From Ostrea edulis (taxonomy: Eukaryota), in assembly GCF_947568905.1 (NCBI RefSeq), contig NC_079172.1:8742001-8806000 (forward strand): 64,000 nt of DNA. The letters run 5' to 3'. The position numbers and the translations under genes were made by a program. This document shows, piece after piece, positions 63,451 to 64,000 of this stretch; within the stretch, counting starts at the first letter, position 1; every line of letters begins with the position of its first letter. The notes beneath the pieces were generated by a model that ran no database searches, was not told the origin of the DNA, and was given only the letters and a program-made list of their open reading frames with translations.

Positions 63451-64000
63451 GTTTCCCAGACTATCAGTGTGTATGAGCAAGGTGCTTCATGTGATTTTTG
63501 TAACCCATGATCCCTTTATTACAAAATGAAACACACAACGCAAGATTCAAATTCCTAAACACTAAATCTTTGTTTTATCACAACGTAATACTGTTAGTTG
63601 ATAGTTAAATCAAACAGGACCCGCGTCACTTAGAATGCTAACGATTGCGTTTTATGTATCAACGGGTTTGAACATATCCCATACCAAGTTCAAATGTATC
63701 TAGAGCGCGAGGTGGGGGTTGCATATTACTACACTATTAGAATATTACTATTAAAGACGCTAGCTGGTATCATCATAAATGTTATAAAATGCCATTGGTC
63801 AATTGATTCTACCCCCTTCCCCCGATTTTTACGCAAAGGGTCTTGTATATATATTACTGTGATTGAAACAAAGATAGATAAAGGAAAACAAAGAGAAATA
63901 CAGTTAACGGTTTTCCCTTTTATATACCTAGCAAACGTTTCCTGTACGATTTTCGGATGCAGCGGTAGTTAGCGGCCAATGACGAAATTTCTATAAATTT

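Overview
AT-rich, repeat-dense eukaryotic DNA. The repeat landscape (Helentron/HINE elements with central satellite arrays, Kolobok-type and Mutator-type MITEs, SINEs) suggests a bivalve, probably an oyster; this is an inference. Five protein-coding genes can be built from the sequence. (1) RAP2, intronless CDS, minus strand, 11562-12107. (2) A 7-exon BRCC3/BRCC36 JAMM deubiquitinase, plus strand, 15473-30754, 263 aa. (3) A 4-exon TEX36-like gene, minus strand, 43720-34411, 238 aa. (4) A 2-exon, 43-aa Cys/His-rich microprotein, minus strand, 54871-48644, absent from the ORF track. (5) An intronless 3.2-kb gene, plus strand, 57441-60617, fusing about 10 ankyrin repeats to a Mab-21/cGAS-like (cGLR-type) nucleotidyltransferase that has an intact catalytic motif and a ~255-aa insertion in its C-terminal lobe. 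Genes 4 and 5 are divergent across a 2.6-kb spacer containing a 10-unit minisatellite. Other notable points are a triplicated 5' splice site at the catalytic Asp codon of BRCC3, several nested transposon insertions, and many ~70-105 bp hairpin MITEs with 8-10 bp TSDs. Family assignments come from motif recognition by eye; no database searches were run.
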